A stretch of DNA of 64,000 nt, taken from contig NC_068989.1 in assembly GCF_001194135.2 (NCBI RefSeq), positions 43,473,569 to 43,537,568 on the forward strand, in the 5' to 3' direction. Every line of letters begins with the position of its first letter. Position 1 is the stretch's first letter. Below the pieces are notes generated by a model. That model saw nothing but the letters and a program-made list of their open reading frames with translations, made no database searches and was not told the origin of the DNA. Position numbers and translations under genes: made by a program. Source of the DNA: Octopus bimaculoides (lineage: Eukaryota). Below are positions 48,620 through 61,386 of this stretch, one piece after another.

Positions 48620-49549
48620 ATGATACATAGATGGCTATTTTAATATAATGGTGTTACAGTTGCATAAATGTTTCAATTACATTGGTGCAGGCATGGCTGT
48701 GTGGTAAGAAGTTTGCTTCATAACTACACAGTTCCAGGTTCAGTCCCACTGTGTAACACCTTCAGCAAGAGTCCTCTACTATAGCCTCAGGCCAACCAAA
48801 GCCTTGTGAGTGGATTTGGTAGACAGAAACTGAAAGAAGCCCATTGTATATATATGTCTGCCACCACCACCTAACAAGCTGTGTAGGTGTTTACATCCCC
48901 ATAACTTAGGGGATGTAAAGGTATCCATCAGTTTGGTTAGAGAGCGCTTTAAGCTGATGATTCTGCATTTTTACAGTTACACTTTTTCCATGACAGTAGA
49001 TAAATTTTTTATTCCACAACGTATTTGTAGTGGCTTCTTGCAGTCATCGCATGGATTCTATTCTCGATTGCCAAATTTTACTTAACATTTCAACAGCACT
49101 TTTCTCACAGTAAAACAATAGCTTTTCTGTGAATGATAGCAGTTATACATTTCCCAGATGCTTTTCGCTAAGCAGAATGTCTTCGCCACTTGAACCTTCT
49201 AACCTCTTGTAGGCCACCAGGGCCTGGAATGGAGATAACAGACCTCCAACGAAATCATTTGTTCTCCACATTATGTCTATCCTTCTGGCTGCTTTTCGAT
49301 AGTTATAAAAACAAGAAATCTGTAAGCTAAATGAAGTTACTGAGAGCGACCATCAGTGAGTGTGAACATTATTATTGCACTTTCTTCAAACACTTCATTC
49401 ATATATTTATATACAAAAAATCTCTCCCTCTTTCAGCTGACAGCTTTTTGTACTTTTTTGTGATGGAAAATACACATTTTTTGGCAGTTATTATTCTGAT
49501 ATAAGAAAGCAATTTCATTATAAGGTGTTTCTTTCAATAGAAAGTCTTT

Positions 49550-49580
49550 ACCCCCAGGAATTACCGGGTACACTAGCTAG
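49550..49580 (+). mobile_element. Helitron-like 3' terminus
   Basis: Imperfect hairpin ACCCCCAGGAATTACCGGGT followed by ACACTAG-CTAG|T; 5' end not located. Confidence 0.45.
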
Positions 49581-50354
49581 TATATATATATATATATATT
49601 GAGGCCATAAGAAAACACAAGCATGACATAAGATTTTAAAACTAAACATTAATAAATGCATCCTGTGTGTATGTGTGAATGTGTGCATGTATGTATTCAT
49701 GTGCTTGTGTGCACGTGTGCACATGTGAGAGCATATGGCCTAGTGGTTAGGGTATTGCACTTATGATCTTGTGATTTAATCCCCAGACTGGGTGTTGCAT
49801 AGTGTTGGCAAGCAAAACACTTCATTTCATGTTGCCCTGCAATCAGTTCAACATCTGATGTGCACCTGTACAAGCAATGCTGAATTGATGGAGAGAGTGA
49901 GATAATTAAGCACTAAACATTTGATCAATATACGCAGTTCATCTGTGCAGGTTGTTCAGCAAATAATTGCTGAACCCTCATCTGTCATTAAATGATACAT
50001 GGTGGACTTTTCCTAACAGCCTGATTCAGCTCCATGCAACATGGGCTTGTGTATTATTTAAAAGTCCACTATGTATTATTTAATAGCAGTCTGACTCATC
50101 TCCATGCAGCTTAAAGTTTTGTGGACTTGTAAAATGAACCTAGCTCTTCAAACTTGGGTTACTAAAGCCTTAAGAGCTAGGTTTGTTTTACAAGCCCATG
50201 AATCATTAAGTTACATGAAGCCAAATCAAACTGTTGTTTAACTAATATAACTACTACCAAATGTGTTGAGGGTCACTTTTTGTTTGTCCACAGACACACA
50301 CATATATATATAACAAAATACTTTTAGCTATGTGTGTAACATATGTACATATAA

Positions 50355-50404
<50 letters not shown>

Positions 50405-52079
50405 ACGCACAAAATACACCAGATATTCAGGAACCTATCTTTAGCACACAAATGGAGGGCAGCCAAATATATTGCACAGCAAATTTTAACTTCCCCATTT
50501 CTCTTCTAGATATAACAACATGGCAGATACAAGTTTGGCAAAGGAAATAAGATATGCCTTGCTCATAGCACTAGCTGCCAATCACAACAAATCCAAGATT
50601 GACAGTTTCTTGAATATGGCCAAGTCCTTTTTTATCTTCAAGGTCAGAATAAGTTGAAAGCTTCTGGTAAGGATGCAACACCTGTGGGTACAACAAAGAA
50701 ATATTCTAAGCAGTCAGACTTCATTGGGACAACCTAGTTCATTCAGCAGATTTAAGTTATCAATGACAACCCCAAAAGGTTAACAAGGGCCATTGCAGAA
50801 TAGAGCAATGTGATGCAGGAGGACAACAGATACAAGTCCAACAGGACAGAGAGAGCAAAGATCATGTCCAACAAAATCCAAAAGGACCATATACCACAGG
50901 ACTCCCAACATCATGTAGCTTCCTAGCTCTCCTAATCCAAATTCTGTGCTGCTATGTCTAGGGATGTAATGTAGTTGGGGGACCAGCAGATGGTCCCATG
51001 TTGCCAAAAACTCCTTGAGGTTTGCCATCATGAGCAAAGGCTACTTGATATTGGTATGCAGTCATTTTCACCACATCAGAACCATTATTGAGGCTGAAGA
51101 TAGCTTTTGTTGAATGACCCGTTACTTTGATGCCTTTAATGAACATGTATACCATATTCTAGAGTATTCTGCTTTTCTTCTGATGGATATTTCTAATAGG
51201 AACCTAGAGGTGCCTGATGACTCTATCCCAGTGAACATCCCAGGAATAGTAGGTGAGAAGACAGCATGTGCATTCTCACACACATATACACACAATGCTC
51301 CATCCTCCTAATGATGCTATACAAGTTAAGCAATGATAAATAAACATCAAACGTTCATCCTGTTGCTCACATCTAACACTATCCCAGATCACATACGAGT
51401 CACAAAACAGAATGAATAACTTTACAAGAACTAATTCCATTACCCATTTTCATTCAATTCTTTGTTGAAGAAGCAATTTTACTACATGTACAAGTATTTT
51501 GCATTTAGTTAGATAAAAGCAAAACAAAAAAACAAAAAAAAAAAAAAAAAGGACCTTCACAGTTTCAACTTCCCCTTCATTACATTCTATAAAAAGAAAA
51601 TCAGGCCAAGCAATGTTTTTTAAATTAATATGATGGCTGGAACAATGAAAATACAACTAAAAATTATACCATATATAAATGTAGGATGAACTCATAACTG
51701 TCACTTGGAAAAAAAAAAAAAAAAAAAAAAAAACTTCTGTAAAACTATTATATTTATATCATTCACTGCTAGAACATGGATAAGGCTAATGAGAGACACT
51801 AAGAGAACCAGTTTAAATAACTAAAGCCTACATTCCATACATGTTTAGTAGTTATATAAGGAATGTAAAGAGGTATGTGTATGTGGAGCAGAGAATATCT
51901 ATGTATAACATTGGCTGTTGTGCATGTGTGTGCGTACAGTTATGTATTAAATGAACCTCAGATGTGAGCTATGCATATGGGTATGTATGTATGTATGTTC
52001 ATTGAAACAAATGAAAAGGCAAATAGTTTGGCAAGACTTGACAAGGACCCTGAGTCACTGATGAAAATTCTTCATACCG

Positions 52080-52114
<35 letters not shown>

Positions 52115-52169
52115 GTATGTGTGTACACATCCAACCCATGCGAGCATGGAAAACATGTTAAATGATGAT

Positions 52170-52200
<31 letters not shown>

Positions 52201-52316
52201 GGTAAATAATTGTGTAATTAAGTGTAGGTGTGTGTATGTTAATAATAAAGAACAAGTTAAACCAGGAAGATTATGAACAAGGAGACAAATGTATAAAGTT
52301 AAAAAATACTTGTCAG

Positions 52317-52357
<41 letters not shown>

Positions 52358-52710
52358 CATTTAAGTTTACACTTTTGACAAGGCTAATAGAAATAGGTAA
52401 TTTTAATTCCTTTCATACACACACTTACAGTAATAATTATTTCTTACACTGACAAGGTTTAATAATGTATTTTGATTCAGTAATACAATGCCAAGGAGTT
52501 AAAAGACATTAATAATAGATATTTCTGTTTCTTTAAAACCTCTTAGATTACCGGCTTGGGGTCAAAATTTAGAAACCAATGAGGTCATTCAGTCTGCTAA
52601 AAATAACAGCCATATCTCAAAATCACACCCCACTCGTTTCAAAAGAGAACAAACACAGTGTCTAACATACAGGGTGGTTACAGTTACAATGTCTTTGGTC
52701 ATACGTCTGC

Positions 52711-52935
52711 TTAACCCTTTAGCATCTAATCTAGCTATGTCTGGCCCAAATACTCAACCTGTTTAATATTTAAACCAGACAGAGTCAGTCTCTCATACCT
52801 ACCCTGTAATGTTATCCTAAAAATAAACAATCATTTCATCAAAATCTTGAACCTATGTGATAATGTATGGTTAATTCAAAACAATGTGATTACATAATTA
52901 CATTTGATAAAATAATCTGATCACTAAAGGGTTAA
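52711..52935. mobile_element. piggyBac-like TTAA MITE (family G)
   Basis: TTAACCCTTTAGCAT ... CACTAAAGGGTTAA. Confidence 0.85.
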
Positions 52936-53708
52936 TCAGAGTTAACTCAAGGCTATGCAATAAAACTGAGATTAATTGAAACTGTAATAAACAGCCAAGT
53001 AAGCTATGTTGTAAGAAGAAGTTACATAGAAAGGAGTCACCTGTGAAATTACAGAAGAATTTGAGGTTAGTGAATACTAAGAGAGCAGTGTAGCTAGGAG
53101 TTCCATTTGCTCAGTTTGGAGGAACGATTAATGCAACTGGTTTTCACAGAAGACTCGTTTAGATACAGGTACACCTGTGTGAAAAGTTTGCTTGCCAAAC
53201 AAATAGTCTCAAGTTCAGTCCAACTGAATGACACCTTGGGCAACTGTCATTTACTATAGCCCTCAGCCAACCAAAGCCTCATGAGAAGATTTTGATAGAT
53301 AGAAACTGAAACCTATATNNNNNNNNNNNNNNNNNNNNNNNNNNNNNNNNNNNNNNNNNNNNNNNNNNNNNNNNNNNNNNNNNNNNNNNNNNNNNNNNNN
53401 NNNNNNNNNNNNNNNNNNNNNNNNNNNNNNNNNNNNNNNNNNNNNNNNNNNNNNNNNNNNNNNNNNNNNNNNNNNNNNNNNNNNNNNNNNNNNNNNNNNN
53501 NNNNNNNNNNNNNNNNNNNNNNNNNNNNNNNNNNNNNNNNNNNNNNNNNNNNNNNNNNNNNNNNNNNNNNNNNNNNNNNNNNNNNNNNNNNNNNNNNNNN
53601 NNNNNNNNNNNNNNNNNNNNNNNNNNNNNNNNNNNNNNNNNNNNNNNNNNNNNNNNNNNNNNNNNNNNNNNNNNNNNNNNNNNNNNNNNNNNNNNNNNNN
53701 NNNNNNNN

Positions 53709-54017
53709 ATTCTACTATAGCCTCGGGCCGATCAAAGCCTTGTGAGTGGATTTGGTACACGGAAACTGAAAGAAGCCCGTCGTATATATATGTATATATA
53801 TATGTATGTATGTTTGTGTGTCTGTGTTTGTTCCCCCATAATCGCTTGACAACCAATGGTGGTGTGTTTACGTCCCCGTAACTTAGCGGTTCGGCAAAAG
53901 AGGCTGATAGAATAAGTACTAGGCTTCCAAAGAATAAGTCCTGGGGTCGATTTGCTCGACTAAAAGCAGTGCTCCAGCATGGCCGCAGTCAAATGACAAA
54001 CAAGTAAAAGAGTAAAA
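53709..54017 (+). mobile_element. SINE family A (5' end in gap)
   Basis: CpG-rich, near-consensus copy ending AAGTAAAAGAGTAAAAG. Confidence 0.9.
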
Positions 54018-55002
54018 GTGTGTGTGTGTGCGTGCGTGCGTGTGTGTGTCTCCCCCTTTGCTTTGACTATTCTACAGGATTGCATGATTGATTTACATCT
54101 CATGGCTGTTTATCCAAGTTCCATGATAACCATCTCCAGCTGTGGGTCTTTTGATGACTGGCTACAGTTCTTAAAAGGTAGCAACAACAGTGAATATAAC
54201 TATACAGGCAGTTGGAGAATTGCACCTGCTACAGCTTATACTAAACCTCTGCACCTTCACTTGCAGTAACACCAAATTTGCAATGAGTTTATAGACACTA
54301 CTTGATAAGTCACCATTTGGCCATTAACAGAATACTATGCCATTAAATTTTTTAAACAACAAATATACTTTTTTTTTCCTTGATGAGGTGGGTTTCTCAA
54401 TATAAAAAAAAACTATTAATGGACGAAAGTAAAATAGTCGACAATATAGTGCCACCTTAATACTAAAACCATCCAACATATCACTGTTATCACTGAAGTT
54501 GAATTCCTTGAATATTTTGATTACATTCTTAATTAATGTGAGCAATTTACTCTTCAAGTGAAATGACTTAACAGAAAAGAGAACTAATAATAGAAAACAC
54601 CTGAGAAACACAACTGCATTTCTGCAAAATTATGAAATTTTGACTGTTCTGGTAATGGTGAAGTTATGAAGTTCCCTGAAAATTTGCATTATACAGATGG
54701 ATATCTGCAGAGATGTTTGTACTAAAATACAAACATCTCCACAGTATAGCTGTCACTTTAAGTCCCATACCTCATAGAACAGGAAAATGGTAGTTTTGAG
54801 AGTTATTCTCTTTTTTTTTTTTTTTTTTTTTTTGCTATTCATACATTTCATACAATGAGATGATGAAGGGAATTTTTTTGCATCCCTCCTCCACCCCACA
54901 ACTTCCTCAATCTTTGCCCTTTTCCTTCCCATGCAACTTCAAGTGACAGCTACTCCAAAACTCCACTTTTAATAAGAACACTAACACAGTAGCAACCCTT
55001 AC

Positions 55003-55039
55003 CATGTCATCAAAGATAAACTTTGTAATGTATTTATAT
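55003..55039 (-). CDS. Candidate internal exon (37 nt) of the minus-strand host gene
   Basis: Acceptor ATGTTTGTAG| and strong donor ATG|GTAAGG; two frames open (YKYITKFIFDDM or INTLQSLSLMT); no homology recognised. Confidence 0.3.
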
Positions 55040-55895
55040 CTACAAACATGCATCTTTTCTAACCTACTCATTTACATAATTTTGTATCAAGTAGTTCAAT
55101 TGCAGAACTANNNNNNNNNNNNNNNNNNNNNNNNNNNNNNNNNNNNNNNNNNNNNNNNNNNNNNNNNNNNNNNNNNNNNNNNNNNNNNNNNNNNNNNNNN
55201 NNNNNNNNNNNNNNNNNNNNNNNNNNNNNNNNNNNNNNNNNNNNNNNNNNNNNNNNNNNNNNNNNNNNNNNNNNNNNNNNNNNNNNNNNNNNNNNNNNNN
55301 NNNNNNNNNNNNNNNNNNNNNNNNNNNNNNNNNNNNNNNNNNNNNNNNNNNNNNNNNNNNNNNNNNNNNNNNNNNNNNNNNNNNNNNNNNNNNNNNNNNN
55401 NNNNNNNNNNNNNNNNNNNNNNNNNNNNNNNNNNNNNNNNNNNNNNNNNNNNNNNNNNNNNNNNNNNNNNNNNNNNNNNNNNNNNNNNNNNNNNNNNNNN
55501 NNNNNNNNNNNNNNNNNNNNNNNNNNNNNNNNNNNNNNNNNNNNNNNNNNNNNNNNNNNNNNNNNNNNNNNNNNNNNNNNNNNNNNNNNNNNNNNNNNNN
55601 NNNNNNNNNNNNNNNNNNNNNNNNNNNNNNNNNNNNNNNNNNNNNNNNNNNNNNNNNNNNNNNNNNNNNNNNNNNNNNNNNNNNNNNNNNNNNNNNNNNN
55701 NNNNNNNNNNNNNNNNNNNNNNNNNNNNNNNNNNNNNNNNNNNNNNNNNNNNNNNNNNNNNNNNNNNNNAGGATTTTCACTAGGGTGTTAGGGTTAGGGT
55801 TACGGATTTAGGGTCAGGGTTAGGGTTAATGTTGGACAATCCTGCGGGTGTTAATCTGAAAAATTACAGAAATGTGAAAAGTACCGACCCTGCCA

Positions 55896-56446
55896 TCTAT
55901 TATAACTTTTGTTGTTCTGTTTAATATATACATAGATTATGCCTCCAAAGAAGAGAGTTTGCTGGGGAAAGAAAGCAGCTGGTTTAAAATGACAGCAACA
56001 GACTGCAGCAATTCACCACATTCCAGAAGCTACTTTGAACATAATGCAAAATGGTGCATGAACATCTTCTGCTCAATCTGATAGAATTCTGGCAAAACGG
56101 TGTAGCAACAGATCGCCAGCAAGAGCTTCATCACAAATTGCCGTCCTAGCTCCTGCTAAAAGGGATTACCCTTCTATATATAGTCAGGGCAGCGCAAAAA
56201 GTTGTTTTGCCCAAGCATTTCTATAGCCAATTAGACGAATGAAATTTACGTACACTTAATAATGTTACGCAAAACAGCCTTCAGACTTTCCCTATTAATT
56301 TCATTGTCTTTTGAATTATGAACATATTTACATCATAAAGGTTTTTTCGTTGTAATGTTTTGTTTTTTAGTTGATTTTCACCTAGCAAGACTTATCGTAG
56401 ATGGCATAATAAGTCACACCCGAACAACGTCGGGTTATACTGCTAG
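55896..56446 (+). mobile_element. Non-autonomous Helitron
   Basis: Probable A|TCTATTATA 5' end; 3' hairpin CCCGA-ACAACG-TCGGG then TTATACTG-CTAG|T, closely related to the terminus at 1322-1350. Confidence 0.7.
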
Positions 56447-57035
56447 TCTATAATAAACTACTTATATGAGAGATGTTTGTTTACAACTAGTGTGATGTTG
56501 AGACACACACACAAAGCACTTTTGTGAAAACATACCTAATCCATGGGGGAAATATTGCTGCACTTCAAAACAGGTGAAGGTTGGCAACAAGAAAGGGATC
56601 CAGTCACAAAATCTGCCTCAGCCAATTCTGTCTGACCCACGCAAGCATGGAAAAGTGGACGTTAATATAATGATCATTCTTTTACTTCATTTTCCATGCT
56701 GGTGCTAGCATGGATATGTCACAATATATGGAACACATACATCTCTTAGCTAATGAAGTTTTTGATGATAACAATAACTCTAAGCTTAAAAAGTCATAAA
56801 GTTGGCTAAATCTAAACATCTATTGTTTTACACTTGTAATTCTAATTTTCTGGTTCTGTTCATTTTATCAGATACAAAATAGGTGGTTTGGTGTGGCAAT
56901 AAGGTTGCTTCACAATCACATGGTTCCAGGCTCAGACCCACTACATGGCACCTTGGGCAAGTGATTTCTATAGCGTCAGGCCAACCAAAGCCTTGGAAGT
57001 GAATGTGATAGACTGAAACTGAAAGAAGCCTGTCA

Positions 57036-57200
57036 TCTATATATACAAAACTGAGAATGTGTGTCTGTCTGTATGTATGTGTGAATCCCTAAAACTCAAA
57101 AACTACCCAACCGATTTCATTCAAATTTTACACATGCATTACTTAGGGTCCATGGAGTGTCATGCACAAAAAAAATTTCAACTTCTTACCTAATGCAGGC
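57036..57200 (+). mobile_element. Helitron-like 5' end adjoining a SINE-A
   Basis: A|TCTATATATACAAAA followed by (CTGT)/(ATGT) repeats, as in short non-autonomous Helitrons; 3' end not found. Confidence 0.5.
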
Positions 57201-57296
57201 CTGGACCAATCTTTTAGACTGGTTTAGTATTACATGTCAAAAGTGAATATTGTTTCACTTTTATTCTTTCACTTAATTCTACAGTCCAATGACTGA

Positions 57297-57334
<38 letters not shown>

Positions 57335-57631
57335 TCTTTGTCATTATGACTGCAACCATGCTGGAGCACCGCCTTTAGTCATACAAATTGACCCCAGGAC
57401 TAATTCTTTGTAAGCCTAGTACTCATTCTATCAGTCTCGTTTCCCAAACTGCTAAGTTTTGAGAACATAAACACACCAACATCAGTTGTCAAGCGATGGT
57501 GAGGAGACAAACACAGACACACAAATGCATACATGGAGAGAGAGAGAGAGAGATAGAAAGAGAGAGAGAGATACAGATAGAGAGACAGATAGAGACACAG
57601 ATAGATAGAGAGAGAGAAAGGGAGATAGATT

Positions 57632-57689
<58 letters not shown>

Positions 57690-57842
57690 TATATATATAT
57701 ATATATATATAGAGAGANNNNNNNNNNNNNNNNNNNNNNNNNNNNNNNNNNNNNNNNNNNNNNNNNNNNNNNNNNNNNNNNNNNNNNNNNNNNNNNNNNN
57801 NNNNNNNNNNNNNNNNNNNNNNNNNNNNNNNNNNNNNNNNNN

Positions 57843-57907
<65 letters not shown>

Positions 57908-57909
<2 letters not shown>

Positions 57910-58200
57910 CCCAAGCAATTTAACCCGTCCGTCAGTCCAGTGTCCCATGATGGAGATGCTATTCGATGGCATGGGCCTGCCTCCCTAGGTGCCAAACCGC
58001 AAGCCCACTGACTTTTCAGAGTTAATTTTTGCTCCCATTACCGCTTTGGATCCTTTTAGTGTCATGCCGACCAGGTTGATATGCCTGTGGCTCAACATTA
58101 AGATAGTGACGTCTGTGTATGCAGACACACCCCTCCCACTTCGCATCCTTCATGTTTGGTATTAAAGTGTTGGTCAAGGGACAACCTCTGCTAGCATGTT
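57908..58200 (-). pseudogene. L1/Tx1-clade reverse transcriptase fragment
   Basis: GRGVSAYTD-VTILML...GAKINSEKSVGLRFGT*GG...WTDGRVKLLG: degenerate YADD plus the GAK(I/V)N..KS and KLLG motifs of L1/Tx1. Confidence 0.75.
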
Positions 58201-58383
58201 GGACACAATACCATTTCTATGTGCTTCTTCTAATTTCTTAACTAGGTTTCCCTCCAACTAATTTCAATTTATTGCTAGAGCCTAACTATACCTAACCAAT
58301 TATACTTTAATTGCTTTCTTTAGGGCATACCAACATCTATTATAATCAGATAGATATCATCATCATCATCATATATATATATA

Positions 58384-58746
58384 CTCTTTACTCTTTTACT
58401 TGTTTCAGTCATTTGATTGCGGCCATGCTGGAGCATCGCCTTTAGTCGAGCAAATCGACCCTAGGACTTATTCTTTGTAAGCCTAGTACTTATTCTATCA
58501 GCATCAGTTATCAAGTGATGTTGGGGGGTACAAACACAGACACACAAACATATACATACACATATATATACATACATATATACGACGGGCTTCTTTTCAG
58601 TTTCCGTCTACCAAATCCACTCACAAGGCTTTGGTCGGCCCAAGGCTATAGTAGAAGACACTTGCCCAAGGTACCACGCAGTGGGACTGAACCCAGAACC
58701 ATGTCGTTGGTAAGCAAGCTACTTACCACACAGCCACTCCTGCGCC
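58384..58746 (-). mobile_element. SINE family A
   Basis: Head GCGCAGGAGTGGCTGTGTGGTAAGTAGC in reverse orientation at 58746; internal deletion. Confidence 0.9.
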
Positions 58747-58783
<37 letters not shown>

Positions 58784-58787
58784 ATAT

Positions 58788-59090
58788 CATCATCATCATC
58801 ATCATCATCGTTTAACGTCCGCTTTCCATGCTAGCATGGGTTGGACGATTTGACNNNNNNNNNNCACGAAAACGGCCACGCTCGAAATGGTGTCTTTTAT
58901 GTGCCACCCGCACAAGCCAGTCCAGGGGCACTGGCAACGATCTCGCTCGAAAATCCTACAGGAGCCAGTCAGGCGGTACTGGCAACGGCCACGCTCAAAA
59001 TGGTGCATCTCATGTGCCACCCGCACAAGAACCAGTCCAGGGGCACTGGCAACGATCTTACTTGGCTTGCCGGGTCTTCTCACGCACAGC
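58788..59090 (-). mobile_element. SINE family E with internal 113-bp higher-order repeat
   Basis: (CAT)n tail, units at 58871 and 58984. Confidence 0.85.
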
Positions 59091-59511
59091 ACATTTATAT
59101 ATATATATATATTTTTTTGAAACAAGGAAGATTTAGTCAAAAGTAGACTCTTTCAGATAAGTCTATGCTACCAATTTGATAGGGAAACAAAAAAACATGA
59201 TCAATGAAAACAAAAATCATGAAACAGATTTTATACATGCAAAAAAAATTAAATATCACAGTTCCTAAAGCTTTGAAAGAATCTGTATAATTGTATGCTT
59301 TATCATTAGATAACTATCAAGTCCTTTGTATCCTCCACATAGGAAGGATACAAAGTCAACTGAGAAACAAATGGTGTCACATAGATTTTAAAACTGAAAA
59401 TACTAGCAAGAGATTTATCAAAAGAGAACTTCAAAACCACAGTCAGCAGATTAGAGTTAAAGTGAACTAAAAACCAGCTTTTAAACAAGACTGCATCAGA
59501 AATATTCTTAC

Positions 59512-59532
59512 AATTCATTTCCATTTTAGGAC
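59512..59532 (-). CDS. Candidate ATG-containing exon of the minus-strand host gene
   Basis: Acceptor TTTCTATTGCAG|G, ATG at 59524, donor T|GTAAGA; an upstream strong donor CTG|GTAAGC at 60442 could close a UTR exon. Unverified. Confidence 0.25.
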
Positions 59533-59554
59533 CTGCAATAGAAATACTGAAATC

Positions 59555-59592
<38 letters not shown>

Positions 59593-61320
59593 NNNNNNNN
59601 NNNNNNNNNNNNNNNNNNNNNNNNNNNNNNNNNNNNNNNNNNNNNNNNNNNNNNNNNNNNNNNNNNNNNNNNNNNNNNNNNNNNNNNNNNNNNNNNNNNN
59701 NNNNNNNNNNNNNNNNNNNNNNNNNNNNNNNNNNNNNNNNNNNAAAAAAAAAAAAAAAAAAAAAAAAAACGACCAATATGTCAGAAATATCAAATGTCAA
59801 AAGTTTCTCAAGTAAACAGTGAGAATGATCTTTTGAAAGTTCTAGCCTTGTCTAACAAGTTGGACAATCATGTAATTTTCAGTCATGTTTATAACACTAT
59901 GTTTCTTACTAAATCCATAATAGCAAGTGTTAAATTTCTGTATATCACATGCAGCATGTGATATACAAAAAGGAGGTAAACTTGTTTAAAAGGGGGTAGA
60001 AACTAGTAGTTTGGCAGTAACTTTTAATATCTGAATAGTAGTTCTTTTAATAGAATCATACCAAACATAAAGTAATAATTTCACTGTCTTGATATCTTTC
60101 CATATAGAATCTTTAAAGGTTTACCAACCACAAAACCTAAAACCTTGATGAATAAAAAGGTGGATGAAGCTTTACAAATGAAGAGGTGGGGGGCTTGAAT
60201 TCAAAACATTTTTAATTCCCTTTGAGATCAAATAATATCTAAGGTATTACTTTCTACAGTTTCCCATTGACTGGGTTGACATTTTGCCTAGGGTAAAACA
60301 TAAGTGACTTACTTAGAATGAGAATCAGAAAGGATGCAAATGAGAAGGGAAGGAGAAGGTATCAGTATGGAAAACTCCCTGGCTTTGGAGGCTTTCTTTC
60401 ATAGAATGTCATGTTAACTAAATACTGACTGCTTTGCTTACCAGAACAAGATAAATCTAATTATTAAAGGAACCTACGCTGGAGTAAAGATTTTGTCAAT
60501 AAATGAGCCAGTGGAAATGTTCACAGAAGATGGGCTTGAGGCAAATGCCTTGTATGTAATGATATTGTGAGTAACTAATTTGCTCCATCACATATCCTTG
60601 ATGCTGCAGCAGAAGTAGGGGTTACTGCATCCATGAAATGAAATAAGACCCCGAAATAACCGTAATATGGTAAATTATATTTTTCGTCTTTGAAGACTTT
60701 GTGACATTGGTATAGGAAACGGGGGTTGATTGCTGACAATGAAATTCAATTTTGTTAGGATACCCACCCCGTCTCACTACAGTATCAAACAAAGATCTGA
60801 AAGATATCAGGCTGTTCCAGTAAACCAGCCTTGCAAATCACCTGCAGAACTGTTATGAGCAATTTAGGTTCTCTCAAAACTTTAGAAGACCTGTGTCTCC
60901 TGGTGTGATATGTAATTTAAGAAGTGTGAATACCACTTTATTTTGGCGATTTATTTACTCATTTCTTTTTCTTGTTTTGATCTCTTTTACTATTTTTTTA
61001 TAGACTCTGTAAACTGCAAGCATTTTTGATAAGGTTTGCAATAATTGTGTTTACAAACAATTTCTTTTACCGTTTATCTTTCATAGCTAACAATTAAAGC
61101 CTATTTATGTAAAAGCTTAATCAAATTTAAATCAAACTATTTTTCAACTAATTCAAGCAGTTTTGAAAAATAGTTTAACTGAATACTAGCCACTAATTCT
61201 TCTAGGTAATCATGAATGAGTTGTCTGTAAGCATGTGTGTTTGGTTGCACAAACTAAAAACTGATAAGCATTGTTTATCTTAGTTAGCCACAGGTAACTG
61301 TCTGAATCCACTAAAAATGA

Positions 61321-61386
<66 letters not shown>

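Noticed and set aside
50520-51330. Moderately GC-rich segment with several 65-85 aa ORFs
   Set aside because: No motif recognised in any frame and stops in all frames; probably an old decayed retroelement but I cannot support a call.
55791-55828. TTAGGG run as a true telomere or fusion site
   Set aside because: Only a few degenerate units, embedded in repeat-like sequence in mid-scaffold.
59306-59524. 71-aa single-exon ORF (MEMNCKNISD...)
   Set aside because: No recognisable motif and intron-like composition after the GTAAGA donor; kept only as a short exon candidate.
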